Source of the DNA: Flavobacteriaceae bacterium
GTDB lineage: Bacteria; Bacteroidota; Bacteroidia; Flavobacteriales; Flavobacteriaceae
NCBI GenBank assembly: GCA_965224465.1
Contig: OZ245049.1
Coordinates: forward strand, 4,920,001 to 4,952,000
Direction of reading: 5' to 3'
DNA length: 32,000 bases
Every line of letters starts with the position of its first letter. The stretch's first letter is position 1. Below are positions 8,252 to 17,772 of the stretch, one piece after another. The notes under the pieces are model-generated. The model was not told the DNA's origin. It made no database searches and worked only from the letters and a program-made list of their open reading frames with translations. A program made the position numbers and the translations under genes.

Positions 8252-9568
8252 TTATTGCTTCTCTATTAAAATAGATGTTGCGTTGGGAATTGTTTGCAGT
8301 GTAGCAGCTCCAGAAATTCTTTTTGCTTGCACTGTAATTTTATGAGTACCTGCATTTGTAATCTGAATTATTATAGTTGCTGTTGCGGTATTTCTATTAT
8401 TTAAAGCATTTCTATGGTATCCAAAAGTAGTTGAACCAGGGATTTCTGTATTGTCTTTTGCTAATCGGAATTCTGATTCCGTCCTATTATTACTATTTGT
8501 TCCGAATCCTAGACTTACACGATAGGTGATTTTATAAATCCCTGGCTGTGTTATGTTAATTGAATTGGTTGTTGCTGTAAAATTACCACTGTCTATAATT
8601 CCGTCGGTACCAAAATTAATATCAGTAAACGTATCACTTATGGTTTGTGTACCTGCAGTTAAATATATTTCTGCCAACAGTCCTATTGCTTTTGCCCATT
8701 TTACTTCGGTGCCAACAGTTGTTAAAACCTGTCCGTCTGTTCCTGGTTTTACTTCTAATTCATTGCTTGCATTAAATCCGATGCTTGTATTATCTATAGA
8801 AGCACTTACTTTAAAATCTTGAAGGGTTTGAATCACAGAAATTCCATCTCCAGCTGTTACTGTTTGGTTTTCATTCGTAGGATCATTATCAGCATCATCC
8901 ACATTATCGGTGATTGTTACTGAACTACCATTTTCTAGGCTAATTATATGTCCAGTACTGTCGATACTTAATTGTTGATTGTCTGTATTGTCTATAAAAT
9001 GTGATAAATCAACAGTACCACCATTTTCTAGACTCAATATATTGGTCAGTGAGTCAAAGCTTAGTTGTTGGTTTGTGACACTCGAAGCTAGAAACTGTAA
9101 GTCCACCGTTTTAGTATTACCATCTTCTAAGGTAATAGACAGAGTAGTTGTACTTTGATCAAATGAAAAATCTGTAATGGTTTGATCATCTGTATTATTA
9201 AGAGTAGAGAGATCCACGGTTTTGGTGGCTCCCGAGTTTAACAAAACAGTTAAAACACTTGAGTTATTATTAAAATCAATTGAAGCAATCCCATCAGAGG
9301 AGAGGCCGTTGTTACATAGCGGCGTCCAAGTGGATCCATTAAATTGATACATGCATTTTTCATCTATATTATAGACGAGAGCACCTTGCAACGGTGTAAT
9401 TGCATTCATTTGTGTAGATGTTACTCTAGTTAAAACAAACACTTTATTGGTGCTCTCTAGTTCTAGTAAAGAGCTAGGATTCAGGTTCTGTGGGGATTCT
9501 CCAATTTTTACTTGACTGTAAAATTGGAACGAAACGAGACAGAATGTTATAAGGGAAAATCTTTTCAT
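8252..9568 (-). CDS. Secreted fibre-like protein (438 aa) with the same C-terminal head domain as the giant gene
   Basis: ATG at 9568 and signal peptide MKRFSLITFCLVSFQFYSQ. The N-terminus has LLELESTNKVFVLTRVTSTQMNAITPLQGALVYN..YQFNGSTWTPL. There are four L-x-L-x-x-G..T..VDL modules and an NVDDADNDPTNENQTV linker (giant: NVDDSDANATNEIQTV). The C-terminus YKITYRVSLGFGTNSNNRTESEF...ATSILIEKQ parallels YKVTYRVTLTISDNSNNRTGSEY...GSSLLIEKI. Only 38 bp separate it from the giant gene, so they are probably an operon. Confidence 0.85.
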   Translation of the reverse strand: MKRFSLITFCLVSFQFYSQVKIGESPQNLNPSSLLELESTNKVFVLTRVTSTQMNAITPLQGALVYNIDEKCMYQFNGSTWTPLCNNGLSSDGIASIDFNNNSSVLTVLLNSGATKTVDLSTLNNTDDQTITDFSFDQSTTTLSITLEDGNTKTVDLQFLASSVTNQQLSFDSLTNILSLENGGTVDLSHFIDNTDNQQLSIDSTGHIISLENGSSVTITDNVDDADNDPTNENQTVTAGDGISVIQTLQDFKVSASIDNTSIGFNASNELEVKPGTDGQVLTTVGTEVKWAKAIGLLAEIYLTAGTQTISDTFTDINFGTDGIIDSGNFTATTNSINITQPGIYKITYRVSLGFGTNSNNRTESEFRLAKDNTEIPGSTTFGYHRNALNNRNTATATIIIQITNAGTHKITVQAKRISGAATLQTIPNATSILIEKQ

Positions 9569-9722
9569 TTGCTAAATAGTAGGGGTGCATTAATATTTGT
9601 AAAATTAAGTATTTACGAATGGTTTGGGTTGTAATTCGTTTTATTTATACGTATTGCTCATAACTTACAACAAAAGGTTTGTTTTGTGAAACGGTTGACT
9701 TTTGATTGTTTTTGTTTTTTGC

Positions 9723-9730
9723 CAAAAATA
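9723..9730 (-). promoter_or_regulatory. Candidate -7 box (TATTTTTG) upstream of the fibre operon
   Basis: Plus-strand caaaaata at 9723-9730 is TATTTTTG on the minus strand, about 155 nt upstream of the ATG at 9568. Motif match only. Confidence 0.25.
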
Positions 9731-9783
9731 AGTAAAATAATTTAAACATTTACATGGTTTATAAGATTATTTTATTTTAAGTA

Positions 9784-10821
9784 TTAGTCTTTCAGTTTGT
9801 TAATTCTGTACGTATAGTGTTTTAACTGTAGGAGTGACTGTATTAAATGCTTTAGGTTTTGTGAAGGGGGACGCTTTTTTTTAATGTTAGATGTTGCGAT
9901 TGTATAAATAATTCTCCAATGTTTACATATTTCTTTTAACGATTTTATATAGGTTCCATTCGAGGAGTCATAAATATGTGTTGGTTCTGAAATAATACCG
10001 TTTATTTCTAGTATTGTAAATGATTTTCCGATTTCTAATTCTTCAAAACTATTGTATTTTATATCGATACGACCATAATCCCATCCGTTTATTTGTTTAT
10101 TTATCTGGTTAAACGTTTCAATTAACGTATTGGATATGTGTTTTTTTGCATTTATGAATTGTGTTCCTTTTGAGTGGTTTCCGATGTATCCTAATTGAAT
10201 AATCTTGCCTTTGGGAGGGATGGAGTAAAAGCGAGATTCGTTGAGTTCTTTTAATAGGTGGATGTATTTCTTGGTCCTGTTGTTCTTTTGTATCAATGCC
10301 GATATGTTTGTGATACCATCTCCTGTTACGGAAATAAATTTTTTAAAAGTTAGGGAACTAATATTTCCTGTTTTCTCGTTTGGTATTTTATAGAATAAAA
10401 GCCCGCATTCCAAGGGGTAAGAAATAAATTCTTGTATGATTAAATCTATACTGTTGCATTTTTCTAAATACTGAATTAGTTCCGTTTTGTTTTCTATTTT
10501 TTTGACAAGCAAGCCTCTGAATCCAATGTCTGGTTTTATGATCAATGGAAAATAAATTTCTGTTGTAGTGAGCTTCTCAAGTGTTTGATTGATGGTGCTA
10601 TTGGCAGGGACAAACAATGAGTTTGGTCTGTATTGACAAGGGATTAATTGAAGCGTTTTGTATTTAGATTCTGTGCCGTCTCCAGCGTTTTTAATCCCAG
10701 GGTTTGTGGCGTAAAAAAACACGCTGTTTTTTGCTTTTATGGCGAGGTATACAGCATAAGGTAGTATAGGTAGGTAGAATAAAAACGAGGGCCAATATTC
10801 ATAACTCTTTATAAATTTCAT
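9784..10821 (-). CDS. ATP-grasp fold ligase-like protein (D-Ala-D-Ala ligase / RimK-like) with an N-terminal hydrophobic segment
   Basis: 345 aa with ATG at 10821. ATP-grasp-like blocks are PLIIKPDIGFRGLLVKKI, DLIIQEFISYP and YGRIDIKY...FTILEINGIISEP. The N-terminus WPSFLFYLPILPYAVYLAI is hydrophobic. Confidence 0.6.
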   Translation of the reverse strand: MKFIKSYEYWPSFLFYLPILPYAVYLAIKAKNSVFFYATNPGIKNAGDGTESKYKTLQLIPCQYRPNSLFVPANSTINQTLEKLTTTEIYFPLIIKPDIGFRGLLVKKIENKTELIQYLEKCNSIDLIIQEFISYPLECGLLFYKIPNEKTGNISSLTFKKFISVTGDGITNISALIQKNNRTKKYIHLLKELNESRFYSIPPKGKIIQLGYIGNHSKGTQFINAKKHISNTLIETFNQINKQINGWDYGRIDIKYNSFEELEIGKSFTILEINGIISEPTHIYDSSNGTYIKSLKEICKHWRIIYTIATSNIKKKRPPSQNLKHLIQSLLQLKHYTYRINKLKD

Positions 10822-10823
10822 GC

Positions 10824-11048
10824 CTATTCCTCTGTGTCAAAAAAAGCACTTACAATGGTCATGATTCCTTTAAATCCAATGCCAACTCCTAGGATTCCGA
10901 AAATACATCCTATGATTAGCCAACTGTAATTAGCGTCTTTCAATGCTTTGAATCCAATGGTGATTAAAACGGGACCTGCAATTATTAGGGGTAGGGCGAT
11001 GGCTAGATATTTGATTCCTTTAGATAAGAGTGTTTTGTTAGTGCTCAT
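10824..11048 (-). CDS. Small two-TM membrane protein (74 aa from the ATG; the track ORF starts at an upstream TTG at 11069)
   Basis: MSTNKTLLSKGIKYLAIALPLIIAGPVLITIGF...WLIIGCIFGILGVGIGFKGIMTIVSAF contains two clear hydrophobic helices. The stop at 10824 is 2 nt from the ATP-grasp ATG, so the two are probably co-translated. Confidence 0.55.
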   Translation of the reverse strand: MSTNKTLLSKGIKYLAIALPLIIAGPVLITIGFKALKDANYSWLIIGCIFGILGVGIGFKGIMTIVSAFFDTEE

Positions 11049-11187
11049 TTTATGAATATTAGTTATCAAAAATACTAAAAAAGTTACGTTTAACTCCTTT
11101 ATGAACCAATTATGTGACTTCTATGTAGAAAAAGTGTCTAATTTGGTGTACATTTAATACAAATCCTGTTTAAAAATCTATATAGTT

Positions 11188-12018
11188 ATGTTAGGAATTA
11201 AAGAATCTTTATCAACGTTTATCAATTCAATTTTTGAAGGGGTAGGGAATTGGGCGCCTCGTGTGTTAGGTGCCATTGTCGCTTTTATGATTGGTCTATG
11301 GGTAATTGGCTTGTTAATGAAAGGTATAAAAAAACTATTTGAAACCAATCATTTGGACGCTACACTAAGGCCTTTTTTAACGACTGTTATCGGTTTTGCA
11401 TTGAAAGCAGTGCTTTTTATCTCTGTTGCGGGTATTGTAGGGATTAATGTTGCTTCATTTATTGCTTTATTGGGGATTGTTGGGGGTGCTATTGCACTTG
11501 GATTTCAGGGGGCTTTGGGGCATTTAGCTTCTGGGGTGATGTTATTGTTTTTCCGTCCTTTTAAAGTAGGAGATTTAATCGAAGTAAATGGAGAATTGGG
11601 GTTTGTGAATGAAATTTCAGTATTTGTTACTGTTTTAGAAACGTTTCAGAATAAGACAGTGATTATTCCAAACGGAACGATTACTTCTAATAAAATTGTG
11701 AATTATACAACTGTTGGGAATTTAAGAGTAGATATGCCTTTTGCGATACGTTATGGTGCAGACATTCAAAAAGCAATGCAAATTGTAGAAAATGTATTAA
11801 AGAATGATTCTAATGTATTGAAAGAACCTAGCCCTCGTGTAGCGGTGAATAGTCTTGGTGAAAATGCGATTGAATTGGTAGCCTTGCCTTATGCTTCTGT
11901 TGATGGGTATTGGGATGTATATTGGGATACAAGACAAAAAATAGTAGAAGCATTAGTAGAAGCGAACTATGAAGCGCCTCTTCCTCAGCGAGTTGTTACA
12001 ATGGTTAGTTCTAAGTAA
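11188..12018 (+). CDS. mscS: Small-conductance mechanosensitive channel (MscS family)
   Basis: 276 aa with three N-terminal TM helices followed by the MscS core LLFFRPFKVGDLIEVNGELGFVNEISVFVTVLETFQNKTVIIPNGTITSNKIVNYT. Confidence 0.9.
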   Translation: MLGIKESLSTFINSIFEGVGNWAPRVLGAIVAFMIGLWVIGLLMKGIKKLFETNHLDATLRPFLTTVIGFALKAVLFISVAGIVGINVASFIALLGIVGGAIALGFQGALGHLASGVMLLFFRPFKVGDLIEVNGELGFVNEISVFVTVLETFQNKTVIIPNGTITSNKIVNYTTVGNLRVDMPFAIRYGADIQKAMQIVENVLKNDSNVLKEPSPRVAVNSLGENAIELVALPYASVDGYWDVYWDTRQKIVEALVEANYEAPLPQRVVTMVSSK

Positions 12019-12198
12019 GCCTTGTAATGTTGCCTTGTAATGTTGCCTTTTATTGTTTTTACAATTTATGCACATAAACCATAGAGTACTGTACCTATGT
12101 TAATCTGTTTTAGCTTTTATTAAGGATAAAACAATTCAATATAAATACACGGTAGCACAACATCAAGTAGGTAAAAGTTTGTTTGTTTGATATGAATT

Positions 12199-12221
12199 GG
12201 GAAGCGAAAGCTTCCCTTTTT
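12199..12221 (+). terminator. Rho-independent terminator (GGGAAGC-GAAA-GCTTCCC-TTTTT)
   Basis: Perfect 7-bp GC-rich stem (12199-12205 / 12210-12216) with a GAAA tetraloop and a T5 tail. It lies 180 nt downstream of the mscS stop. Confidence 0.8.
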
Positions 12222-12254
12222 ATCTGCTTTCATATTTTGAGTTATTATAAAAAA

Positions 12255-12296
12255 AAGACATGTAAAAGGCGTTACTGCTATACATGTCTTTTTTTT
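12255..12296. terminator. Bidirectional rho-independent terminator
   Basis: AAGACATGTA (12255-12264) pairs with TACATGTCTT (12281-12290). The 10-bp perfect stem has a 16-nt loop, an A-run upstream and a T-run downstream, so it could terminate transcripts from either strand, including icd read-through on the minus strand. Confidence 0.7.
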
Positions 12297-12456
12297 ATAC
12301 CAAATACATTTCCAAGAGACGGTTTAGAAATGGAATTATTTTTTGTTATAGCTAGGCGGAAAATCTAAGGATAGCCTTAGCTATCGTTCTATTTTTCAAC
12401 AACGCTAGAACGTAAAACAAGCCATTTATATCGGTTATTTTGGATTGTAATTGGTA
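12297..12456. repeat. Copy 1 of a roughly 160-bp structured intergenic repeat (MITE-like)
   Basis: ataccaaatacatttccaagagacggtttagaaatgg...ttttggattgtaattggta. It is about 93% identical to copy 2, which follows in tandem after 2 nt, and about 90% identical to copy 3. Confidence 0.85.
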
Positions 12457-12458
12457 CA

Positions 12459-12617
12459 ATACCAAATACATTTCCAAGAGACGGTTTAGAAATGGAATTA
12501 ATTTTTGTTTTAGCTAGGCGAGAAATCTAAGGATAGCCTTGCTATCGTTCTATTTTTCAACAACGCTAGAACGTAAAATAAACCATTTATATCGGTCATT
12601 TTGGATTGTAATTACTA
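12459..12617. repeat. Copy 2 of the roughly 160-bp repeat, abutting the icd stop codon
   Basis: Direct tandem copy with a 162-bp period. It ends at 12617 and the icd stop codon is at 12618-12620. Confidence 0.85.
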
Positions 12618-14876
<2,259 letters not shown>

Positions 14877-14961
14877 TTAAGTTTTCGGCTCTAAAATTAC
14901 GATATCTTTTTTAGTTGCTCAAATTAATGATGTGCAAGTTGCTACGTATTGTATATATAGC

Positions 14962-14996
14962 AAAAAAAAAGGCTGTTTTTTAGAAACAGCCTTTTT
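14962..14996 (-). terminator. Rho-independent terminator after rplS
   Basis: GGCTGTTT (14971-14978) pairs with AAACAGCC (14984-14991). On the minus strand the hairpin is followed by a T9 run (complement of the A-run at 14962-14970). It lies about 30 nt downstream of the rplS stop. Confidence 0.75.
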
Positions 14997-15024
14997 AGGT
15001 ATCGTTTTTTTGTAAAAATGAGAA

Positions 15025-15375
15025 TTAACGTCTTTTTTCTGTAATTCTTGCTTTTTTACCAGTAAGTTCTCTAAAGTAGAAAATACGAGCTCTACGAACT
15101 TTACCGTGTTTGTTTACTTCAATTTTTTGAATAGCAGGTAAGTTGATTGGGAAGATACGCTCTACACCAAATGCACCTGACATTTTACGAATTGTAAACG
15201 TTTCTGAAGCTCCTGCTCCTCTACGTTGAATTACAACTCCTCTAAAAAACTGAGTTCTTGTTTTTTCACCCTCTTTAATTTCGTAATAAACTGTGATTGT
15301 ATCTCCAGCTTTGAAATCTTCAAATTTGTTTTTAGCAACAAACTCGTCTTGTACGAATTTAATTAATGCTTCCAT
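15025..15375 (-). CDS. rplS: 50S ribosomal protein L19
   Basis: MEALIKFVQDEF...TRTQFFRGVVIQRRGAGASETFTIRKMSGAFGVERIFPINLPAIQKIEV. I prefer the internal ATG at 15375 (116 aa) to the track start at 15408, which adds an atypical MLLLKTIIQYN extension. Confidence 0.9.
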   Translation of the reverse strand: MEALIKFVQDEFVAKNKFEDFKAGDTITVYYEIKEGEKTRTQFFRGVVIQRRGAGASETFTIRKMSGAFGVERIFPINLPAIQKIEVNKHGKVRRARIFYFRELTGKKARITEKRR

Positions 15376-15442
15376 GTTGTATTGTATAATTGTTTTCAAA
15401 AGCAACATTCACGATTCTCGTCAGAGGTTGGTTTTGGAACTG

Positions 15443-15450
15443 CAAAAGTA
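15443..15450 (-). promoter_or_regulatory. Candidate -7 box (TACTTTTG) for rplS
   Basis: Plus-strand caaaagta at 15443-15450 is TACTTTTG on the minus strand, in the trmD-rplS spacer about 68 nt upstream of the ATG at 15375. Confidence 0.3.
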
Positions 15451-15460
15451 CTCTTTTTTT

Positions 15461-16153
15461 TTAATTTGACAAATCGTCTTTCGAAAGTAAATCTGGTCGG
15501 ATTGTTTCTGTTCTTAAAAAGGACTGATCGTTACGCCAATCGTCTATTTTCGGGAAATTACCAGACAATAAAACTGCGGGTACTTTGAGTCCTTTGTATT
15601 CCGAGGGTCTTGTGTAAACAGGAGGGGAGAGTAAATTGTCTTGAAAAGAATCTGTAAGAGCGGAGGTTTCGTCACCCAAAACGCCTGGGATTAATCGGAT
15701 GATTGTGTCACAAAGTACAGCGGCACCCAACTCTCCACCACTCAATACATAATCTCCTATAGATATTTCTTTTGTGATGTGCATTTCTCGTATGCGATGA
15801 TCTACTCCTTTATAGTGCCCACATAAAATTAATATGTTTTTAGCTAAAGATAAGGTGTTTGAAGTTTGTTGGTTTAATGTTGGGGCATCGGGAGTCATAT
15901 AAATGATCTCGTCATAGTCCCGTTCTGATTTTAATTGACTGATGCACGCATCTATGGGTTCTATCATAAGTACCATTCCTGCGCCACCACCAAATTGATA
16001 ATCGTCTATTTTTCCATAGTTGTTCAACGCAAATTTTCGAAGGTCATGAAAATGTACTTCTACCATTTGTTTGTCAATAGCCCTTTTCATAATTGAATAT
16101 TCAAAAGGACTTCTAATTAAATCAGGTGAAACTGTAATAATATCTATTCGCAT
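15461..16153 (-). CDS. trmD: tRNA (guanine37-N1)-methyltransferase
   Basis: 230 aa. [13 protein letters not shown]..., [17 protein letters not shown] and [13 protein letters not shown]...[18 protein letters not shown] are TrmD signature blocks. The trmD-rplS gene order is classic. Confidence 0.9.
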   Translation of the reverse strand: MRIDIITVSPDLIRSPFEYSIMKRAIDKQMVEVHFHDLRKFALNNYGKIDDYQFGGGAGMVLMIEPIDACISQLKSERDYDEIIYMTPDAPTLNQQTSNTLSLAKNILILCGHYKGVDHRIREMHITKEISIGDYVLSGGELGAAVLCDTIIRLIPGVLGDETSALTDSFQDNLLSPPVYTRPSEYKGLKVPAVLLSGNFPKIDDWRNDQSFLRTETIRPDLLSKDDLSN

Positions 16154-16157
16154 GTGG

Positions 16158-16165
16158 CAAAGATA
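16158..16165 (-). promoter_or_regulatory. Candidate -7 box (TATCTTTG) only 4 nt upstream of the trmD ATG
   Basis: Plus-strand caaagata at 16158-16165 is TATCTTTG on the minus strand. The ATG is at 16153-16151. If the box is functional, the mRNA would be leaderless or nearly so. Confidence 0.2.
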
Positions 16166-16227
16166 TCATTCTCTAGAGTCTCTTGTCTATATCTCTATAC
16201 TATTTTTCTCTTTCACTATTGGCTACT

Positions 16228-16388
16228 ATATCAAATACATTTCCAAGTGACGGTTTAGAAAAGGAATTATTTTTTGTTTTAGCTAGGTAAAAAATCTAAG
16301 GGTAGCCTTTAGTTATCGTTCTATTTTATAACAATGCTAGAACGTAAAATAAACAATTTATATCGGTTATTTTGGATTGTAATTGGTA
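16228..16388. repeat. Copy 3 of the roughly 160-bp repeat, between the prmC stop and trmD
   Basis: atatcaaatacatttccaagtgacggtttagaaaagg...ttttggattgtaattggta. It ends at 16388 and the prmC stop codon is at 16389-16391. Orientation is the same as copies 1 and 2. Confidence 0.85.
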
Positions 16389-17243
16389 TTACATATTTAC
16401 CTTCGCTCTAATCATTCTATCGGCTTTGAAAATATCTTGTTTTAGAACAACATTGTTAAAACCATTGTTTTTTACAAGTGAAACGGTTTCTTTTCCTAAA
16501 TATTGATTGATTTCGAAAAATAAATAACCACCTGGTTTTAAATGATTTTTTGCTAAACGTGCGATTTTTTCATAAAAAAGTAATGGATTATCATCTGCTA
16601 CAAATAAGGAGGTATGAGGTTCGTGTTCCAATACGTTTTTTTGAATTTCTTTTTTTTCTAAATTCCGAACATAGGGAGGATTGCTTACAATAATGTCGAA
16701 TTTCTCCGTCAGGGATACTGTTTTTAGAATGTCGACTAATTCGAATTTTACCGAGACATTATTTAGCTGTCCATTCTTTTTTGCTGTTGTCAATGCCTTT
16801 TCAGAGATGTCAAAAGCTGTAATTTGGGCATTGGGGTATTTTTTAGCCAAAGAAATAGCGATACACCCAGAGCCTGTTCCGATATCTAGGATGGAAATTT
16901 TGTTGGAGTTATCAATTGTGGTCTCAAGAATCCAAGAAACGAGCTCTTCTGTTTCAGGTCTAGGAATTAATGTATGCTCGTTTACATAAAAAGGGAAACC
17001 GTAAAATTCAGTTTCACCTAGGATGTATTGTATGGGTTTGTAATTTGTTAATTCAGACAACGCTTGATTTAGTTTTTTTAGGTCGCTGTCATTTATAACC
17101 AATAGTGGGTTCATAATAATATCTACTCTAGTTAAACCTAGTACATATTCAGAAATAAGGTTGAAAAACGAGTGTACCTCTGTTGTAGGGTACTGTGTTT
17201 CTAAGGTGTCGGTAAAGTAGTTTTTGTAGTTTTTTAATGTCAT
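16389..17243 (-). CDS. prmC: Release-factor glutamine N5-methyltransferase
   Basis: 284 aa with the SAM-binding block ILDIGTGSGCIAISLA and the catalytic IVSNPPY motif, in HemK/PrmC architecture. Confidence 0.85.
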   Translation of the reverse strand: MTLKNYKNYFTDTLETQYPTTEVHSFFNLISEYVLGLTRVDIIMNPLLVINDSDLKKLNQALSELTNYKPIQYILGETEFYGFPFYVNEHTLIPRPETEELVSWILETTIDNSNKISILDIGTGSGCIAISLAKKYPNAQITAFDISEKALTTAKKNGQLNNVSVKFELVDILKTVSLTEKFDIIVSNPPYVRNLEKKEIQKNVLEHEPHTSLFVADDNPLLFYEKIARLAKNHLKPGGYLFFEINQYLGKETVSLVKNNGFNNVVLKQDIFKADRMIRAKVNM

Positions 17244-17717
17244 TTTTACAGGTCTTTTAGTGTCTAAAAATTACAAGTAGAGTGTTCCGTATTTTCGATG
17301 TATTTGTTGCTCTAATTGAATCCATATTTTTTGTATAATAATTGAGCTTCCTTTGTAATAGGGTGGTTTTTTTTGTCGTATTGACAAAAACCTGCTTCTT
17401 TTGCAAATCTAAGACATAAATTCATCATTTTAGTTTCTATTTCTATACCTTTTTAATCGCAGTAGTGGGTTTAATTCCCAGATGCTTGCATCCAAATGAT
17501 TAAGGTTTTTTTCTTTTTCATGCCTCTTGGGCTTACTCCGAGGTTATTGACAGGTAAAACAGCTGAGTTTTGTGTGTTTTTACGGTTGGTAGACTTGCTC
17601 TAGAAGTGGCTTGGCATAAGGTTTTTTTAAAATAATGCATTAAATGATGTCAAAATAGTTCTGGTAATAAAGCGACTTTTTTACAATTCCTTTTTTCAAT
17701 AGGTCGTATTTCTATGC

Positions 17718-17747
17718 TTGGATTCAGTATTAGAAAGCTTATATTTG
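17718..17747 (+). promoter_or_regulatory. Bacteroidetes-type promoter (-33 TTG, 19-nt spacer, -7 TATATTTG) for the lipoprotein-ribD-eamA operon
   Basis: TTG at 17718-17720 and TATATTTG at 17740-17747. The ATG at 17773 is 25 nt downstream. Confidence 0.45.
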
Positions 17748-17772
17748 TGGTGAAATTATGATATTGTAGAAA

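Noticed and set aside
12019-12050. A 13-bp tandem duplication (gccttgtaatgtt x2.4) directly after the mscS stop codon
   Set aside because: It is real in the sequence but tiny, and most simply explained as replication slippage. It is noted only as part of the long mscS 3' tail.
12183-12368. A 61-aa plus-strand ORF in the mscS-icd spacer
   Set aside because: It runs across two terminator hairpins and into repeat copy 1. The corresponding frame in copies 2 and 3 has no start codon and different stops. The overlap is coincidental.
17244-17772. An FMN riboswitch expected upstream of the ribD operon
   Set aside because: I could not find the conserved FMN-element core sequences or its multi-stem architecture. 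The region is AT-rich with only weak hairpins, and the first gene of the operon is a lipoprotein. An Infernal scan would settle the question.
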